64,000 nucleotides of DNA from an uncultured delta proteobacterium (lineage in GTDB: Bacteria > Myxococcota_A > UBA9160 > UBA4427): contig CAWGJT010000001.1 in the NCBI GenBank assembly GCA_963822965.1, positions 160,001-224,000 of the forward strand, written 5' to 3'. The notes under the pieces were generated by a model. That model saw nothing but the letters and a program-made list of their open reading frames with translations, did not search any database and was not told the DNA's origin. The translations under genes and the position numbers were made by a program. Below, piece after piece: positions 34,644 to 48,683 of this stretch. Position 1 is the stretch's first letter; each line of letters opens with the position of its first letter.

Positions 34644-35807
34644 TCAGTCGCGATAGACCCGCGGCACCCGGGCTCCCACGCGCACCAGCAGCTCGTAGTG
34701 GAGCGTGCCCACGGCCGCGGCGACCTCCTCGACGGGCAGCGCGGCCGGCGTCCCGGGCGGGCCCTCGATGGCGCCGAACACGATCGCCTCGTCGCCGACG
34801 GCGACCGCGTCCCCGAGACCGACGTCCACGCCGATCGAGTCCATCGACACGCGGCCCACCAGCGGACGCCACGCACCCGCGAGCCAGACGCGGGTCCGGT
34901 TGGCGGCGTTCCAGGGGATGCCGTCCGCATAGCCCACCGCGAGGGTCGCCACCCGGCTGCCGCCCGGCCCGGCGCGCCAGGTCGCCCCGTAGCCGACGCC
35001 GGCGCCGGCGGGCACGTCGCGCACGGTGAGCACGCTCGCGCGCAGGGTCATCACCGGGGTGAGCTCTCCCTCGAGGTGCGGCGCCGGGCGAACGCCGTAC
35101 AGCATGAGCCCGGGGCGAACGGCGGTTGCCTCCGGCAGGGCCTCCGCCAGACGCTTGCCGCACATGAGCGCCGCCGAGTTGTCCGCATGCACCACCTCCG
35201 GCTCGATGCCCCGGGCCCGAGCGTCCGCGAGCACCGCCCGGAAGCGATCCACCTGCTCGCGACTGGGGGCGAGGTCCGGCTCGTCCGCGTGGGCGAAGTG
35301 GGTCATCACGCCCTCGAGCCGGAGATGCGGCGACGACGACGACGCTTCCAGCAACGAGACCGCGTCCGAAGCGGGAACCCCCATGCGGTGCATCCCGGTG
35401 TCCACCTCCACGTGGACCCGGATGGGGAGCGAGGGGGAGGCGACCGCCTCGAGGCGGCGCAGACCTTCGCGCGTGTGCAGGACGGGCGTGAGCCCGCGGG
35501 CGGCGGCGGTATGCGCCTCCCCGTCGTTGCGGGCCCCGGCCAGCGCGAGGATGGGCGCCTCGATCCCAGCGTCGCGCAGCGCCACGCCCTCGGGAACGGT
35601 CAGCACGGCGAGCCGGGTGCAGCCGGCGGCCAGCAGGCAGCGCGAGACCGGCACGGCCCCATGGCCGTACGCATCCGCCTTGACCACGCCGATCACCTCG
35701 CGGCGGCCGGCGAGACGCAGCGCCAGCCCCAGGTTGGCGCGCAGGGCGCGCAGATCGATGGTGGCCTCGCAGGGATGCCCGCCGCTCGTGCCGCTGCCTG
35801 CCGTCAT
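34644..35807 (-). CDS. alr: Alanine racemase
   Basis: VVKADAYGHGA (PLP lysine), HVEVDTGMHRMG, MTHFAHAD, VRPGLMLYG, VGYADG, VGRVSMD, YELL. Confidence 0.95.
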   Translation of the reverse strand: MTAGSGTSGGHPCEATIDLRALRANLGLALRLAGRREVIGVVKADAYGHGAVPVSRCLLAAGCTRLAVLTVPEGVALRDAGIEAPILALAGARNDGEAHTAAARGLTPVLHTREGLRRLEAVASPSLPIRVHVEVDTGMHRMGVPASDAVSLLEASSSSPHLRLEGVMTHFAHADEPDLAPSREQVDRFRAVLADARARGIEPEVVHADNSAALMCGKRLAEALPEATAVRPGLMLYGVRPAPHLEGELTPVMTLRASVLTVRDVPAGAGVGYGATWRAGPGGSRVATLAVGYADGIPWNAANRTRVWLAGAWRPLVGRVSMDSIGVDVGLGDAVAVGDEAIVFGAIEGPPGTPAALPVEEVAAAVGTLHYELLVRVGARVPRVYRD

Positions 35808-35912
35808 GCGCCCCCCACCTCGCCGCTCCTCGCCGCCGGGCCGTGCGTTCCCAAGGGTATCGGACATCCGGCCATTCGATGGAGAGGCGCGACTCGCTAC
35901 GATGCGTGGCGA

Positions 35913-36140
35913 ATGGAGACCGCGACCCGAGAAGCCACCACCTCGATCTTCGTGAACGGCGAGGCCCGCGAGGTGCCGCTCGGCTGCACGATCGAGCAGC
36001 TGCTCGCGCGCATCGACATGGCCGGCCGGCGCGTCGCCGTCGCCCGGAACCGCGACGTCGTCCCGCGCAGCAGCTTCGCGCGGGCCACGGTCTCCGCCGG
36101 GGATCGCATCGAAATCCTCGAAGCCGTAGGAGGAGGCTGA
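35913..36140 (+). CDS. thiS: Sulfur carrier protein ThiS
   Basis: IFVNGE, VAVARNRDVVPR, GDRIEIL.AVGGG C-terminus. Confidence 0.93.
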   Translation: METATREATTSIFVNGEAREVPLGCTIEQLLARIDMAGRRVAVARNRDVVPRSSFARATVSAGDRIEILEAVGGG

Positions 36141-36143
36141 ACC

Positions 36144-36947
36144 ATGGCCCAGCAAGAGAGCAACCCCCAGGATCTCCCCGCCTACCGCCTGGGCGCGCAC
36201 GAGTTCCGCTCGCGGCTGATCATCGGATCGGGCAAGTACGAGTCGTTCGAGCAGAACCTCGAGTGCCTGATGGCGAGCGGCGCCGAGATGATCACCGTGG
36301 CGCTGCGCCGGGTGAACTGCGATCCGAGCAAGGGACCGAGCCTGCTGGACGTGATCTCTCCCCGGCGCTTCACCATCCTGCCCAACACCGCCGGCTGCTA
36401 CACCGCCGAGGACGCCATCACCACCGCGCGTCTCGCCCGGGAGCTGATCGACACCGACCTCGTGAAGCTCGAGGTCATCGGCGACGAGCGCACCCTCTTC
36501 CCGGACGTTCCCGCGACGATCGAGGCCGCCCGGGTGCTCGTGCGCGAGGGCTTCACGGTGCTTCCCTACATCACCGACGATCCGGTGGCCTGCCAGCGGC
36601 TGGCGGCCCTGGGCTGTGCGGCGGTGATGCCGCTGGCCGCCCCCATCGGATCCGGACTCGGCATCCGCAATCCCGCCAACCTGCGGATCATCCTCGAGAC
36701 GGTGGAGGTTCCCGTCATCGTCGACGCGGGGGTCGGCACGGCCAGCGACGCCGCCATCGCGATGGAGCTCGGGGCGGCCGCCGTGCTCATGAACTCGGGC
36801 ATCGCCGGCGCCAAGGAGCCCGTGAAGATGGCGCGCGCCATGAAGCTCGCGATCGAGGCCGGACGGCTGGCCTACGAGGCGGGCCGCATGCCGCGTCGGC
36901 TCTACGCCTCGGCGTCGAGCCCGATCGAGGGAACGGCCGTCTTCTGA
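36144..36947 (+). CDS. thiG: Thiazole synthase
   Basis: [48 protein letters not shown]. Confidence 0.97.
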   Translation: MAQQESNPQDLPAYRLGAHEFRSRLIIGSGKYESFEQNLECLMASGAEMITVALRRVNCDPSKGPSLLDVISPRRFTILPNTAGCYTAEDAITTARLARELIDTDLVKLEVIGDERTLFPDVPATIEAARVLVREGFTVLPYITDDPVACQRLAALGCAAVMPLAAPIGSGLGIRNPANLRIILETVEVPVIVDAGVGTASDAAIAMELGAAAVLMNSGIAGAKEPVKMARAMKLAIEAGRLAYEAGRMPRRLYASASSPIEGTAVF

Positions 36948-36948
36948 C

Positions 36949-37658
36949 GTGGGTCCGCCCCACGGCGGCTCGCGCCCCGTCTCGCAGCCTGTTTCGCAGC
37001 CCATTTCGCAGCCCAGCTCGCAGCCCATCCTGTGCCTGGTGGTAGACCGCCGCTGCGACCGGCATCCGCTTCCGGGTGCCGTGACTGCCGCGGTCCTGGG
37101 CGGGGTCGACTGGCTGCAGGTCCGGGACCGCGAGCTGGGGGGGCGGCACTGCTCGCGTGGGCGGAGAGCCTCGCCGACGCTGCGCGGCAGGCAGCGGCGC
37201 GTACCGGCCGGGCCCTGCGCATCCTCGTCAACCGGCGCATCGACGTGGCCCTCGCCATCGGTGCCGACGGCGTACACCTGGGCTTCGACGCGCTCCCGCC
37301 GGCCGAGGCCGCGGCGCTGCTGGCGCCCGGCGCGATCGTCGGGGTGTCCGCCCACACGCCCGCGGAGGTGGAGGCTGCCGGCCGGGCCGGCGCCGGCTAC
37401 GCGCACCTCGCGCCCGTCTGGAGCCCACTCTCCAAGCCCCCCGAGCGCGCGCCGCTTGGCCTCGAGGGGCTCCGGGCCGGATGCGGTCACGGAATTCCGG
37501 TGCTCGCACAGGGGGGCCTCACCGCCGCCCGCTGCGCCGAGGCGCTGGCGGCTGGAGCGGCGGGCGTGGCCGTCACCGGGCACGTGCTGCAGGCGGACGA
37601 TCCGGGCCTCGCCGCCGCCGCCCTGCGCGCCGCCCTCGACGCGGCCCGCGGCGCCTGA
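36949..37658 (+). pseudogene. thiE: Thiamine-phosphate synthase, frameshifted at a G7 run (37137-37143); pseudogene, phase variant or sequencing error
   Basis: N-terminal part (LCLVVDR...GGVDWLQVRDRELG) is in one frame; the rest (LVNRRIDVALAIGADGVHLG, GVSAH, SKP, PVLAQGG, AGAAGVAV) is in another; adding one G restores ELGGAALL. Confidence 0.85.
36982..37029. repeat. Imperfect 12-bp tandem repeat x4 (TCGCAGCCNNNN) at the thiE N-terminus
   Basis: Encodes SQPV-SQPI-SQPS-SQPI. Confidence 0.75.
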
Positions 37659-37673
37659 GCGACCGGCCTCCGG

Positions 37674-38951
37674 TCAGCCCTCCGCGCCGAGTCCCACCGG
37701 ACCGGCACCGTCCGCGGTCTCGATGCGAACGATGGGGGGACGCCGCCCGAAGCGCCGGGCGAACCCGCCGGCCAGCCTCGACGCGACTTCGCTCGCGGCC
37801 TCGGGCTCCACCAGGTGGAGCGTGCAGCCCCCGAAGCCGGCCCCCGTGAGGCGCGAGCCGTGAACCCCCGGCAGGGCGTCCGCCATCTCGCACAGTGCGT
37901 CCAGCGCCGGGATGGAGACCTCGTAGTCGTCCCGCAGGCTGCGGTGCCCCTCTCGAATGACGGCGCCTGCCGCCGCCAGGTCGCCCGCCTCCAGGGCCGC
38001 ACTGCAGGTGCTCACACGCTCGTTCTCGCTCACCACGTGGCGGACGCGCCGGAACAGGGTCGGGGGGAGCGCCCGCTCGAGCGCCGGCAGATCCGCGGGC
38101 GCCAGGTCGCGCAGGGCGCGCGCGTCGGCCGGCGCGATCCGCGCCCCGCGCGCGGCCTCCAGGGCGGCTGCGCACTCCGCCACGCGGCGGCGATAGCCCG
38201 AGTCCGCCTCCGCCAGCGATCGCCGGACGCCGGAATCGGCGACCAGCACGCAAGTGCGTCCGGGAGGCATCGCGATGGCCCGGACCGCCCGGGAACGGCA
38301 GTCGAGGAGCAGCGCCCGATCGCGGCGGCCGAGGGCGCTGGCGAACTGGTCGAGGATCCCCGAGCCGACGCCCAGGTACTCGCTCTCCGCGCGATGGGCG
38401 ATCTCCGCCCGCTCCTCCGGCGACAGCGGCCGCTCGCCCACCAACGAGAACAGCGTCGCGAGCGCGACGGTGAAGGCCGCCGAGCTCGAGAGGCCGGCGC
38501 CGATGGGCACCCGGCTCGCGACGGCCAGGTCCATCCCCGGCACCGGGCCGGCGCGCTCGCCGAACGCGAACACGACTCCCCTCACGTAGTCGCTCCAGTG
38601 GCCGGGGCCGCGCGGTCGCTCGTCCCCGACGCTCGTCACCTCGAAGCCGGACGCCTCGTTCCGGTTCGCAGACCAGACGACCACGCGATCGTCGTCGCGC
38701 CGGGCGGCCAGCGCGAACGTCTCCCGATCGATCGCGAACGGAAGGACGAGGCCCTCGTTGTAGTCGGTATGCTCGCCGATCAGGTTCACGCGCCCGGGCG
38801 CCCGGGCGCCCTGCTCGGGCGCCCGCCCGAACCGCTCCGCGAAGGCCGCCCGTAGGCCGTCCAGCAGCTCCCCGGGCCCGGCGGCCCCGAGGAATCCCGC
38901 CTCCGCCGACTGCGCCAAGGGCTCCTTCCTCCGCCGCCGCACCGTTCCCAC
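37674..38951 (-). CDS. galK: Galactokinase (GHMP kinase)
   Basis: APGRVNLIGEHTDYNEG, PIGAGLSSSAA, GILDQ, HRSLRDDYEVS, GSRLTGAGFGGC; start uncertain. Confidence 0.93.
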   Translation of the reverse strand: MGTVRRRRKEPLAQSAEAGFLGAAGPGELLDGLRAAFAERFGRAPEQGARAPGRVNLIGEHTDYNEGLVLPFAIDRETFALAARRDDDRVVVWSANRNEASGFEVTSVGDERPRGPGHWSDYVRGVVFAFGERAGPVPGMDLAVASRVPIGAGLSSSAAFTVALATLFSLVGERPLSPEERAEIAHRAESEYLGVGSGILDQFASALGRRDRALLLDCRSRAVRAIAMPPGRTCVLVADSGVRRSLAEADSGYRRRVAECAAALEAARGARIAPADARALRDLAPADLPALERALPPTLFRRVRHVVSENERVSTCSAALEAGDLAAAGAVIREGHRSLRDDYEVSIPALDALCEMADALPGVHGSRLTGAGFGGCTLHLVEPEAASEVASRLAGGFARRFGRRPPIVRIETADGAGPVGLGAEG

Positions 38952-39079
38952 GTTGCCACGGCCACCCCGGGGCGTGCCCGCGAATTCGCCCTGGGTGGTC
39001 CGGTCACCCCAACCCGCGCGACCTCCGGGGCCGCTGCGGTGTCACACTCCGCGTGATACGACCCTTGCGAGGATCCCCG

Positions 39080-40456
39080 ATGTCGCGTCTCGAGACGAGT
39101 GGCCTGCGGGCCACCCTGCCCGCCGTCCTGCTCACCCTGCTGGCGAGCCTGGCCGTCGCCACCCCCGCCACGGCCGCGGATCCCTTCCTGCGGCGCACCC
39201 CCACCGTCCAGGCGGTGGAGCGCGTGGGTCCCGCGGTGGTCAGCATCACCAGCGCCCGGCTGGCCCAGGGCAACCCGTTCCGGCCCCTCGGCGAGGATCC
39301 CATCTACGAGCGCTTCCTGCGCGACTTCACGGGACCCCAGCGCCGTCCCACCGAGACCGACGTCGAGCTCGGGTCGGGCGTCATCATCGATCCCGACGGC
39401 CACGTGCTGACGAACGAGCACGTGATCTCCCGGGCCACCCAGATCCGGGTCAAGCTGGCGGACGGCCGCAGCTTCGAGGCCAGCGTGGTCGGCGCCGACC
39501 CCAACAACGACCTCGCGGTGGTGCGGATCGAGACGGACGAGAAGCTTCCCTGGGTGGCGCCCGGCAGCTCCGACGACCTGCTCGTCGGCGAGCCGGTCAT
39601 CGCCATCGGCAATCCCTTCGGGCTCTCGAACACCGTCACCACCGGCGTCATCTCGGCGGTGGATCGCTCGTTCTACACGCCGCAACAGTCCTTCCACGGC
39701 TTCATCCAGACGGACGCCTCCATCAACCCCGGCAACTCGGGCGGCCCGCTGCTCAACGCCGAGGGCTCGCTCGTGGGGATCAACTCGGCGATCTACGGGG
39801 ACGGCCAGGGCATCGGCTTCGCCATCCCGATCGACGTCGCCAAGAAGGTCGTCTCGGAGCTGATCGACCACGGCGAAGTGACACCCATCTGGGTCGGCGC
39901 CGAGTTCCGCGACCTCGACCCCGGGCTGCACGAGGTGCTGCGGGTGCCGCTCGAGCAACGGGGCGTGCTCGTGACCCGCGTGCGGGAGAACAGCCCGTCC
40001 CAACGGGCCGGCCTCCAGGCGGGAGACGTGCTGCTGCGCGCCGACGGACGGGACCTGGCCGGCGCCCAGGACCTGTTCGACTTCCTCGAGACGGCCCTCG
40101 TCGACCAGGAGATCGCGGTGGACCTGTGGCGCGACGGCAAGTCCCAGCAGATCACCCTGCGCACGGAGCAGATTCCCCCGGAGCACGTCCGCGCCCTCAC
40201 CCAGGAGCGCCTCGGCCTGCAGCTCGCGGAGCTGCCGGGCCCCGAGGGCTTCGAGATCACCAAGGTCGAGCCGGACAGCCCGGCGGGGCAGATCGGATTC
40301 CGCTCGGGGGACCGCTTGATCGCGGTCAACGGGCGCCCGCTCGGCGGCAACGACGATCTCCGCCGCGCCATCGTCGAGCTGCGCGGCCGCCGTCGGGCGG
40401 TCGTCGTGGTTCAGCGCGGCGCCGGCCGGTACCATGTGACGATTCCATTGGCCTGA
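39080..40456 (+). CDS. HtrA/DegP-family periplasmic serine protease (trypsin + 2 PDZ)
   Basis: Signal peptide, LGSGVII, TNEHV, DLAV, QTDASINPGNSGG, two PDZ-like regions. Confidence 0.93.
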   Translation: MSRLETSGLRATLPAVLLTLLASLAVATPATAADPFLRRTPTVQAVERVGPAVVSITSARLAQGNPFRPLGEDPIYERFLRDFTGPQRRPTETDVELGSGVIIDPDGHVLTNEHVISRATQIRVKLADGRSFEASVVGADPNNDLAVVRIETDEKLPWVAPGSSDDLLVGEPVIAIGNPFGLSNTVTTGVISAVDRSFYTPQQSFHGFIQTDASINPGNSGGPLLNAEGSLVGINSAIYGDGQGIGFAIPIDVAKKVVSELIDHGEVTPIWVGAEFRDLDPGLHEVLRVPLEQRGVLVTRVRENSPSQRAGLQAGDVLLRADGRDLAGAQDLFDFLETALVDQEIAVDLWRDGKSQQITLRTEQIPPEHVRALTQERLGLQLAELPGPEGFEITKVEPDSPAGQIGFRSGDRLIAVNGRPLGGNDDLRRAIVELRGRRRAVVVVQRGAGRYHVTIPLA

Positions 40457-40496
40457 AACACCGTGCTCCCTCGGGGCACGGGATGGACCGCTGCCC

Positions 40497-41936
<1,440 letters not shown>

Positions 41937-42062
41937 CTCGAGGGCCCCCGAACGCGTCGAGGCCGGCCCGCGGGGTGCGGGGCCGGGAGAAAGACCGTCC
42001 CGGCCCGAACTTTCTTGCGGCGCCGGTTGCCAGCCCCGAACCCGTGCCTAGTTTCGGGGGCC

Positions 42063-44651
<2,589 letters not shown>

Positions 44652-44662
44652 ATTCCGTCGGG

Positions 44663-46465
44663 TCAGAGCCGGCGGTGCTGGTAGAGGTCTCCGTCCACGA
44701 AGCCCAGGCGCCGGTACCACTCCCGGGTGCCGACGGCAGAGATGACCGCCAGGCTCGCGTAGCCGGCGTCCGCGGCCCGTCGCGCCGCCTCCGCCATGAG
44801 GCGACCGCCGAGCCCGCGGTGCTGGGCCCGGTCGCCAGCGCGATCGCCCAGCGCCAGCGAAGCGCCGTACACGTGCACCTCGCGGATCACCGCGCTGCCC
44901 GCCAGCTCGGCCACGACCGCCCCGTCGCCGTCGGGCAGTGGAGCGTGCGGTAGGGCGAGCCGCGCGAAGCCCACGATGCGGTCGTCCGGCGTCACGAACT
45001 CCAGGAAGTGCTCGCTGGACACGGCCGCGTCGTAGACCGTGGCACGCAGGACGAGCGACGCCTCGTCGAAGTCGTCGCTTCGGATCTCCCGGGCGCGGAT
45101 GTCGCGGCAGCGGCCCCCCCGCCGGACCACCTCGCGCTCGGCGAGCTGGCGGAAGTTCGTGAGCTTGTTGCCCGTCACGATGTCGTCCGAGGAGATGTCC
45201 CGGACCACCCGGGTCACGCGACACCAACCGGGCACCCGGGCGAGGGCGCTCGCCAGCACGTCGAGCAGCTCGGCGTGCGTGTACGGACGCCATTCCCCCC
45301 GCGCGTGGTGCTGTATCAGCTCGGCGCTCTCGACCAGGCTGCAGGGGTAGATCTTCAGCTCGTCCGGACGGAGGGCGGGATCGTCGAAGAGCCTCGCGAA
45401 GTCGAGGACGTCGCGCTCGGGGGTGGAGCCCGCCAGGTTCGGCATCCAGTGCGCGTGGATCTTGAAGCCGGCGCGTCGCAGCCGCGCGACCGCCTGGCGG
45501 GTCGTCGCGACGTCGTGACCCCGCCGGTTCGCGGCGAGCACCGAATCGTCGAGGCTCTGGATGCCCAGCTGCACCTTCGTGGCTCCGAGACGGCGGATGC
45601 GCAGTACCTCCTCGTCGATCACGTGATCCGGGCGCGTCTCCACCACGAAGCCCACGCTGCGACACGCGGAGCGCTCGTTCCCACGCTGGGCGAGCGCGAG
45701 GCGCTCCCAGCCGGCGCTCTCGGCCTCGGGCACCAGCTCGCCCTGCTGCTGCTCGCGCAGGAACGTCCGCACGATGCGGTTGTAGGGGTTGGCGCGCGGC
45801 TCGCGGCCGTCGAGCCGCGCGGGCAGCGCTTCGAACCGGGGCGCCGTGGGTACGGCGCCGGCGCGACCGTCTACGCCCCGGCCGAAGTCGTTCAGGGCCT
45901 CGAAGCAGCGGGTCGCGAACCACACCTGGTACGGCTCGGGATAGAACGACCAGGTGCCGCCGAGAACGATGATCTCGACCTTGTCCGTGGGGTGGCCGAT
46001 GGCCCGGTAGGCGGCCAGGCGGTTCCACGTCTGCAGGTAGGGATCGAAGCGGTTGGCGGTGGCGCGCTGGGCACCGGGCTCGTCGGCCAGGTAGCTCTTC
46101 GGCATGCGCACGTCGTTGGGGCAGAAGATGCACTCGCCGGGGCACGGGAAGGGCTTGGTGAGCACCGTGAGGGGCGTGACGCCGCTCTGGGTTCGTACGG
46201 GACGCCGCTGCACCCCGGCCAGGAACGCGTCCTCCGCCACCCCGAGCGCCGACTCCGTGAAGAAGGCGCGGTAGCCCGCGATGATCTCCGAGCGCGAGAA
46301 GAAGCCGCGGCCCTCGCGCGGGTAGCGGCGGAGGATGGCGTCGAAGGCGGTCGCGTCGAGCGTGCCCGCTGCGACGCGTTCGGCCAGCGCGCGCACGATG
46401 CCCTCGAGCGCCGGACGGTGGGGCACGGGATCGAAGTGCGAGAGCGACGGAGGGTGTGTGGTCAC
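44663..46465 (-). CDS. elp3: Elp3-type radical SAM / GNAT (KAT) tRNA U34 carboxymethylase
   Basis: PVRTQSGVTP, CPGECIFC (CX3CX2C), PKSYL..EPG..RA, LGGTW, ETRPD, LKIYP, RVVRDI, REIR, IREVHVYG, QHRGLG, VISAVGTREWYRRLGF; GTG start at 46465. Confidence 0.9.
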   Translation of the reverse strand: MTTHPPSLSHFDPVPHRPALEGIVRALAERVAAGTLDATAFDAILRRYPREGRGFFSRSEIIAGYRAFFTESALGVAEDAFLAGVQRRPVRTQSGVTPLTVLTKPFPCPGECIFCPNDVRMPKSYLADEPGAQRATANRFDPYLQTWNRLAAYRAIGHPTDKVEIIVLGGTWSFYPEPYQVWFATRCFEALNDFGRGVDGRAGAVPTAPRFEALPARLDGREPRANPYNRIVRTFLREQQQGELVPEAESAGWERLALAQRGNERSACRSVGFVVETRPDHVIDEEVLRIRRLGATKVQLGIQSLDDSVLAANRRGHDVATTRQAVARLRRAGFKIHAHWMPNLAGSTPERDVLDFARLFDDPALRPDELKIYPCSLVESAELIQHHARGEWRPYTHAELLDVLASALARVPGWCRVTRVVRDISSDDIVTGNKLTNFRQLAEREVVRRGGRCRDIRAREIRSDDFDEASLVLRATVYDAAVSSEHFLEFVTPDDRIVGFARLALPHAPLPDGDGAVVAELAGSAVIREVHVYGASLALGDRAGDRAQHRGLGGRLMAEAARRAADAGYASLAVISAVGTREWYRRLGFVDGDLYQHRRL

Positions 46466-46507
46466 GGGCTCACGACGGCGCGGCGTCGCGCGTACACTAG
46501 CAGAGCC

Positions 46508-47272
46508 ATGGACGAGGCCACGCGCGCGCGCCTGCTGCAGCTGAACCGCGACTTCTACGAGCGCGAAGCCGACGCCTTCGGCGCCACCCGGGACCACCCG
46601 TGGCCGGGCTGGCAACGCGTGTTGCAGGCGCTTCCAACGAAGACCGAGCCACTTCGCGTCCTGGATGCGGGCTGCGGCAACGGCCGCTTCGCGGTGTGCC
46701 TCGACGACGCGTACCCGGGCCGCCTGGACTACGTCGGTGTCGATGCGAGCCCGGCGCTGCTCGCCGCCGCGGCACGGCGCGCCCGGGGCGGGGGCAAGGA
46801 CCGGACCTTCCGCTTCGTCCGAGCCGATCTCGTCGAGGGCCCCGACGCGATCCCCCGCGGCCCCTTCGATCTGGTGGTGCTCTTCGGCGTGCTCCACCAC
46901 GTGCCCGGCTTCGAGACGCGCGTGCGCCTGGTCGCGCGGCTCGCGGAGCGGCTGGCCGAAGGGGGCCGGCTCGCGGCCACGATCTGGCGCTTCGGCGCGG
47001 ACCCGCGCGTGCGCGGGCGCACCGTGCCGATCCCGAGCCGCCTGACGGAGATCGCGCCGGAGAGCCTCGAGCCCGGCGACGAGCTGCTGCGTTGGGGCGA
47101 TTCCGACGAGGTGGTCCGCTACTGCCACTTCGCGGACGACTGCGAGATCGATCGGCTGCTCGAGCGAGTCCGGGCGAGCGGTCTCGCCCTGGAGGCGCGC
47201 TTCCGCAGCGACGGCCGGGGCGACGCCTTGAACGAGTACCTGGTCTGGTGGAAGCCCGGAGGCCCGGCGTGA
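46508..47272 (+). CDS. Class I SAM-dependent methyltransferase, Trm9/ALKBH8-MT-like
   Basis: FYEREADAFGATR.HPWP, VLDAGCGNGR, VLHHVP...R, GG.L...IW, RYCH; these match the recalled motif order of Trm9/ALKBH8 methyltransferases. Confidence 0.75.
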   Translation: MDEATRARLLQLNRDFYEREADAFGATRDHPWPGWQRVLQALPTKTEPLRVLDAGCGNGRFAVCLDDAYPGRLDYVGVDASPALLAAAARRARGGGKDRTFRFVRADLVEGPDAIPRGPFDLVVLFGVLHHVPGFETRVRLVARLAERLAEGGRLAATIWRFGADPRVRGRTVPIPSRLTEIAPESLEPGDELLRWGDSDEVVRYCHFADDCEIDRLLERVRASGLALEARFRSDGRGDALNEYLVWWKPGGPA

Positions 47273-48012
47273 GCGGACCGGCGCGCCGACAGCTGGCAGG
47301 TGCCGACGCCATCGCCGCCGCCCTCGACCGAGGCGCGACCGTCCGCCTGCTGCTGGTGCGGGAAGGGGGTCTCTCCGAGCCGGCGAGAGCGGTTCTCGCG
47401 CGCTGCCACGACGCGGGCATCCCGGTGCGCAAGGCAGGACAGCGAGAGACCCGGCGCCTGGCCGCGCACGGAGAGCCCGAGCTGCTGGCCCTCGTGGGCG
47501 CGTCCCCGGCCGACTCCCTCGACGCAGTGCTCGCCGCCGGCGGTGCCCTGTGGCTGCTCACCGGGGTGGGCTATCCGGGCAACGCCGGCTTCGCCATCCG
47601 CACGGCGGAGGTCTCGGGCGCAGCGGGAATCGTCGTCGATGCCGGCTTCGACCATACGGGCCGGCGGCAGGCCCTGCGGGCGGCCATGCGCGCGGATCGC
47701 TTCTTCCCGGTGCTGTGGGCGCGCGCGGAGGACGTGGTCGAACGGGCGCAGCAGGCCGGACACCGCCTCGTCGGCATCGAGGATCGCGGCACGCGCGCGC
47801 CCTGGGAGGAAGACCTCACGACGCCTTCGGTGTTCGTGGTGGGCGGCGAGGCCGGCGGTGTCCCCGAGGCCCTGCTCGACGGCTGCGACGTCGTCCTGCG
47901 CATCCCGATGACGGGCTTCATCCCCTCGTACAATCTGCAGGCCGCCGTCGCGATGGTGGCGGGCGAGAGACTGCGCCAGCTCGGGTCGAAGTCCGTGGAG
48001 GCGCCGGAGTAG
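47269..48012 (+). CDS. TrmH/SpoU-family RNA 2'-O-methyltransferase
   Basis: PGNAGFAIRTA, VVGGEAGGV, IPMTGFIPSYNLQAA (SPOUT knot motifs); GTG overlaps the upstream stop. Confidence 0.88.
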   Translation: MSGPARRQLAGADAIAAALDRGATVRLLLVREGGLSEPARAVLARCHDAGIPVRKAGQRETRRLAAHGEPELLALVGASPADSLDAVLAAGGALWLLTGVGYPGNAGFAIRTAEVSGAAGIVVDAGFDHTGRRQALRAAMRADRFFPVLWARAEDVVERAQQAGHRLVGIEDRGTRAPWEEDLTTPSVFVVGGEAGGVPEALLDGCDVVLRIPMTGFIPSYNLQAAVAMVAGERLRQLGSKSVEAPE

Positions 48013-48291
48013 ACCGTGACGCGGACGCCCCGCCGGCGGTCGAACACCCGACGAGCGGGGCAGGACGCCTCACGGGCGGACGGAACGCCGGCACCGGGCA
48101 GCCGACTTCCCGGGCGAATCGCGATTCGTCGGGCTCCCCACCTCGAAAAGACGCCGCGGCCCTGCCACACTCGGCCGGGCGCACGCACCGCGACCGCGTC
48201 GGTCTGGGGAGACCCGGCCGGCGAGAGCGCGACGGAGACCCGGCGAGCCACCCAGAAGACGAGCCATCCAGAGAGAGATCGGGGAGAAACG

Positions 48292-48507
48292 ATGGACGAG
48301 ATGGAGGCCGACCAGCTCGCGCGATGCGCCGACTGCGGCACCGAGATCACGGTAGGGATCGATCGCGGCTTCTCGAGCGGAGCCAACCTGGTGCTCTGCT
48401 ACGACTGCGCGGAACGCCGCGGCGGCACGTGGAACGAGGAGCGCGGGGCTTGGACCAGCGCGCCCGACCTGATCGGCCTGCGCGACCTGGATCCAGCCGA
48501 GCGCTGA
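48292..48507 (+). CDS. Small hypothetical protein, putative Zn ribbon
   Basis: CADC...CYDC; RBS GGGGAG before ATG 48292. Confidence 0.6.
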   Translation: MDEMEADQLARCADCGTEITVGIDRGFSSGANLVLCYDCAERRGGTWNEERGAWTSAPDLIGLRDLDPAER

Positions 48508-48683
48508 GCCGGAGCGGCCCGATCGCCGCCGCCCAGCCACTTCCGACCCGGGAGCTCGAACGGGCCTGAAGGCCCCGCCCGCGGGGCCCGCGGAGCCTCG
48601 TCGCCGCCCTCGCCGGGGGTCCGCAGCCCCGCTCCTCGACCCTCAATCCGATGCGCCTTTGCACCGAAGAAGGTCGAGAACAC

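Noticed and set aside
35808..35912. TPP riboswitch upstream of thiS-thiG-thiE
   Set aside because: The intergenic region is only about 100 bp, divergent with alr, and lacks the CUGAGA/AUACCCG core
42013..42055. Heat-shock (sigma32/CIRCE) element upstream of clpB
   Set aside because: No CIRCE inverted repeat and only weak, ambiguous promoter-like hexamers
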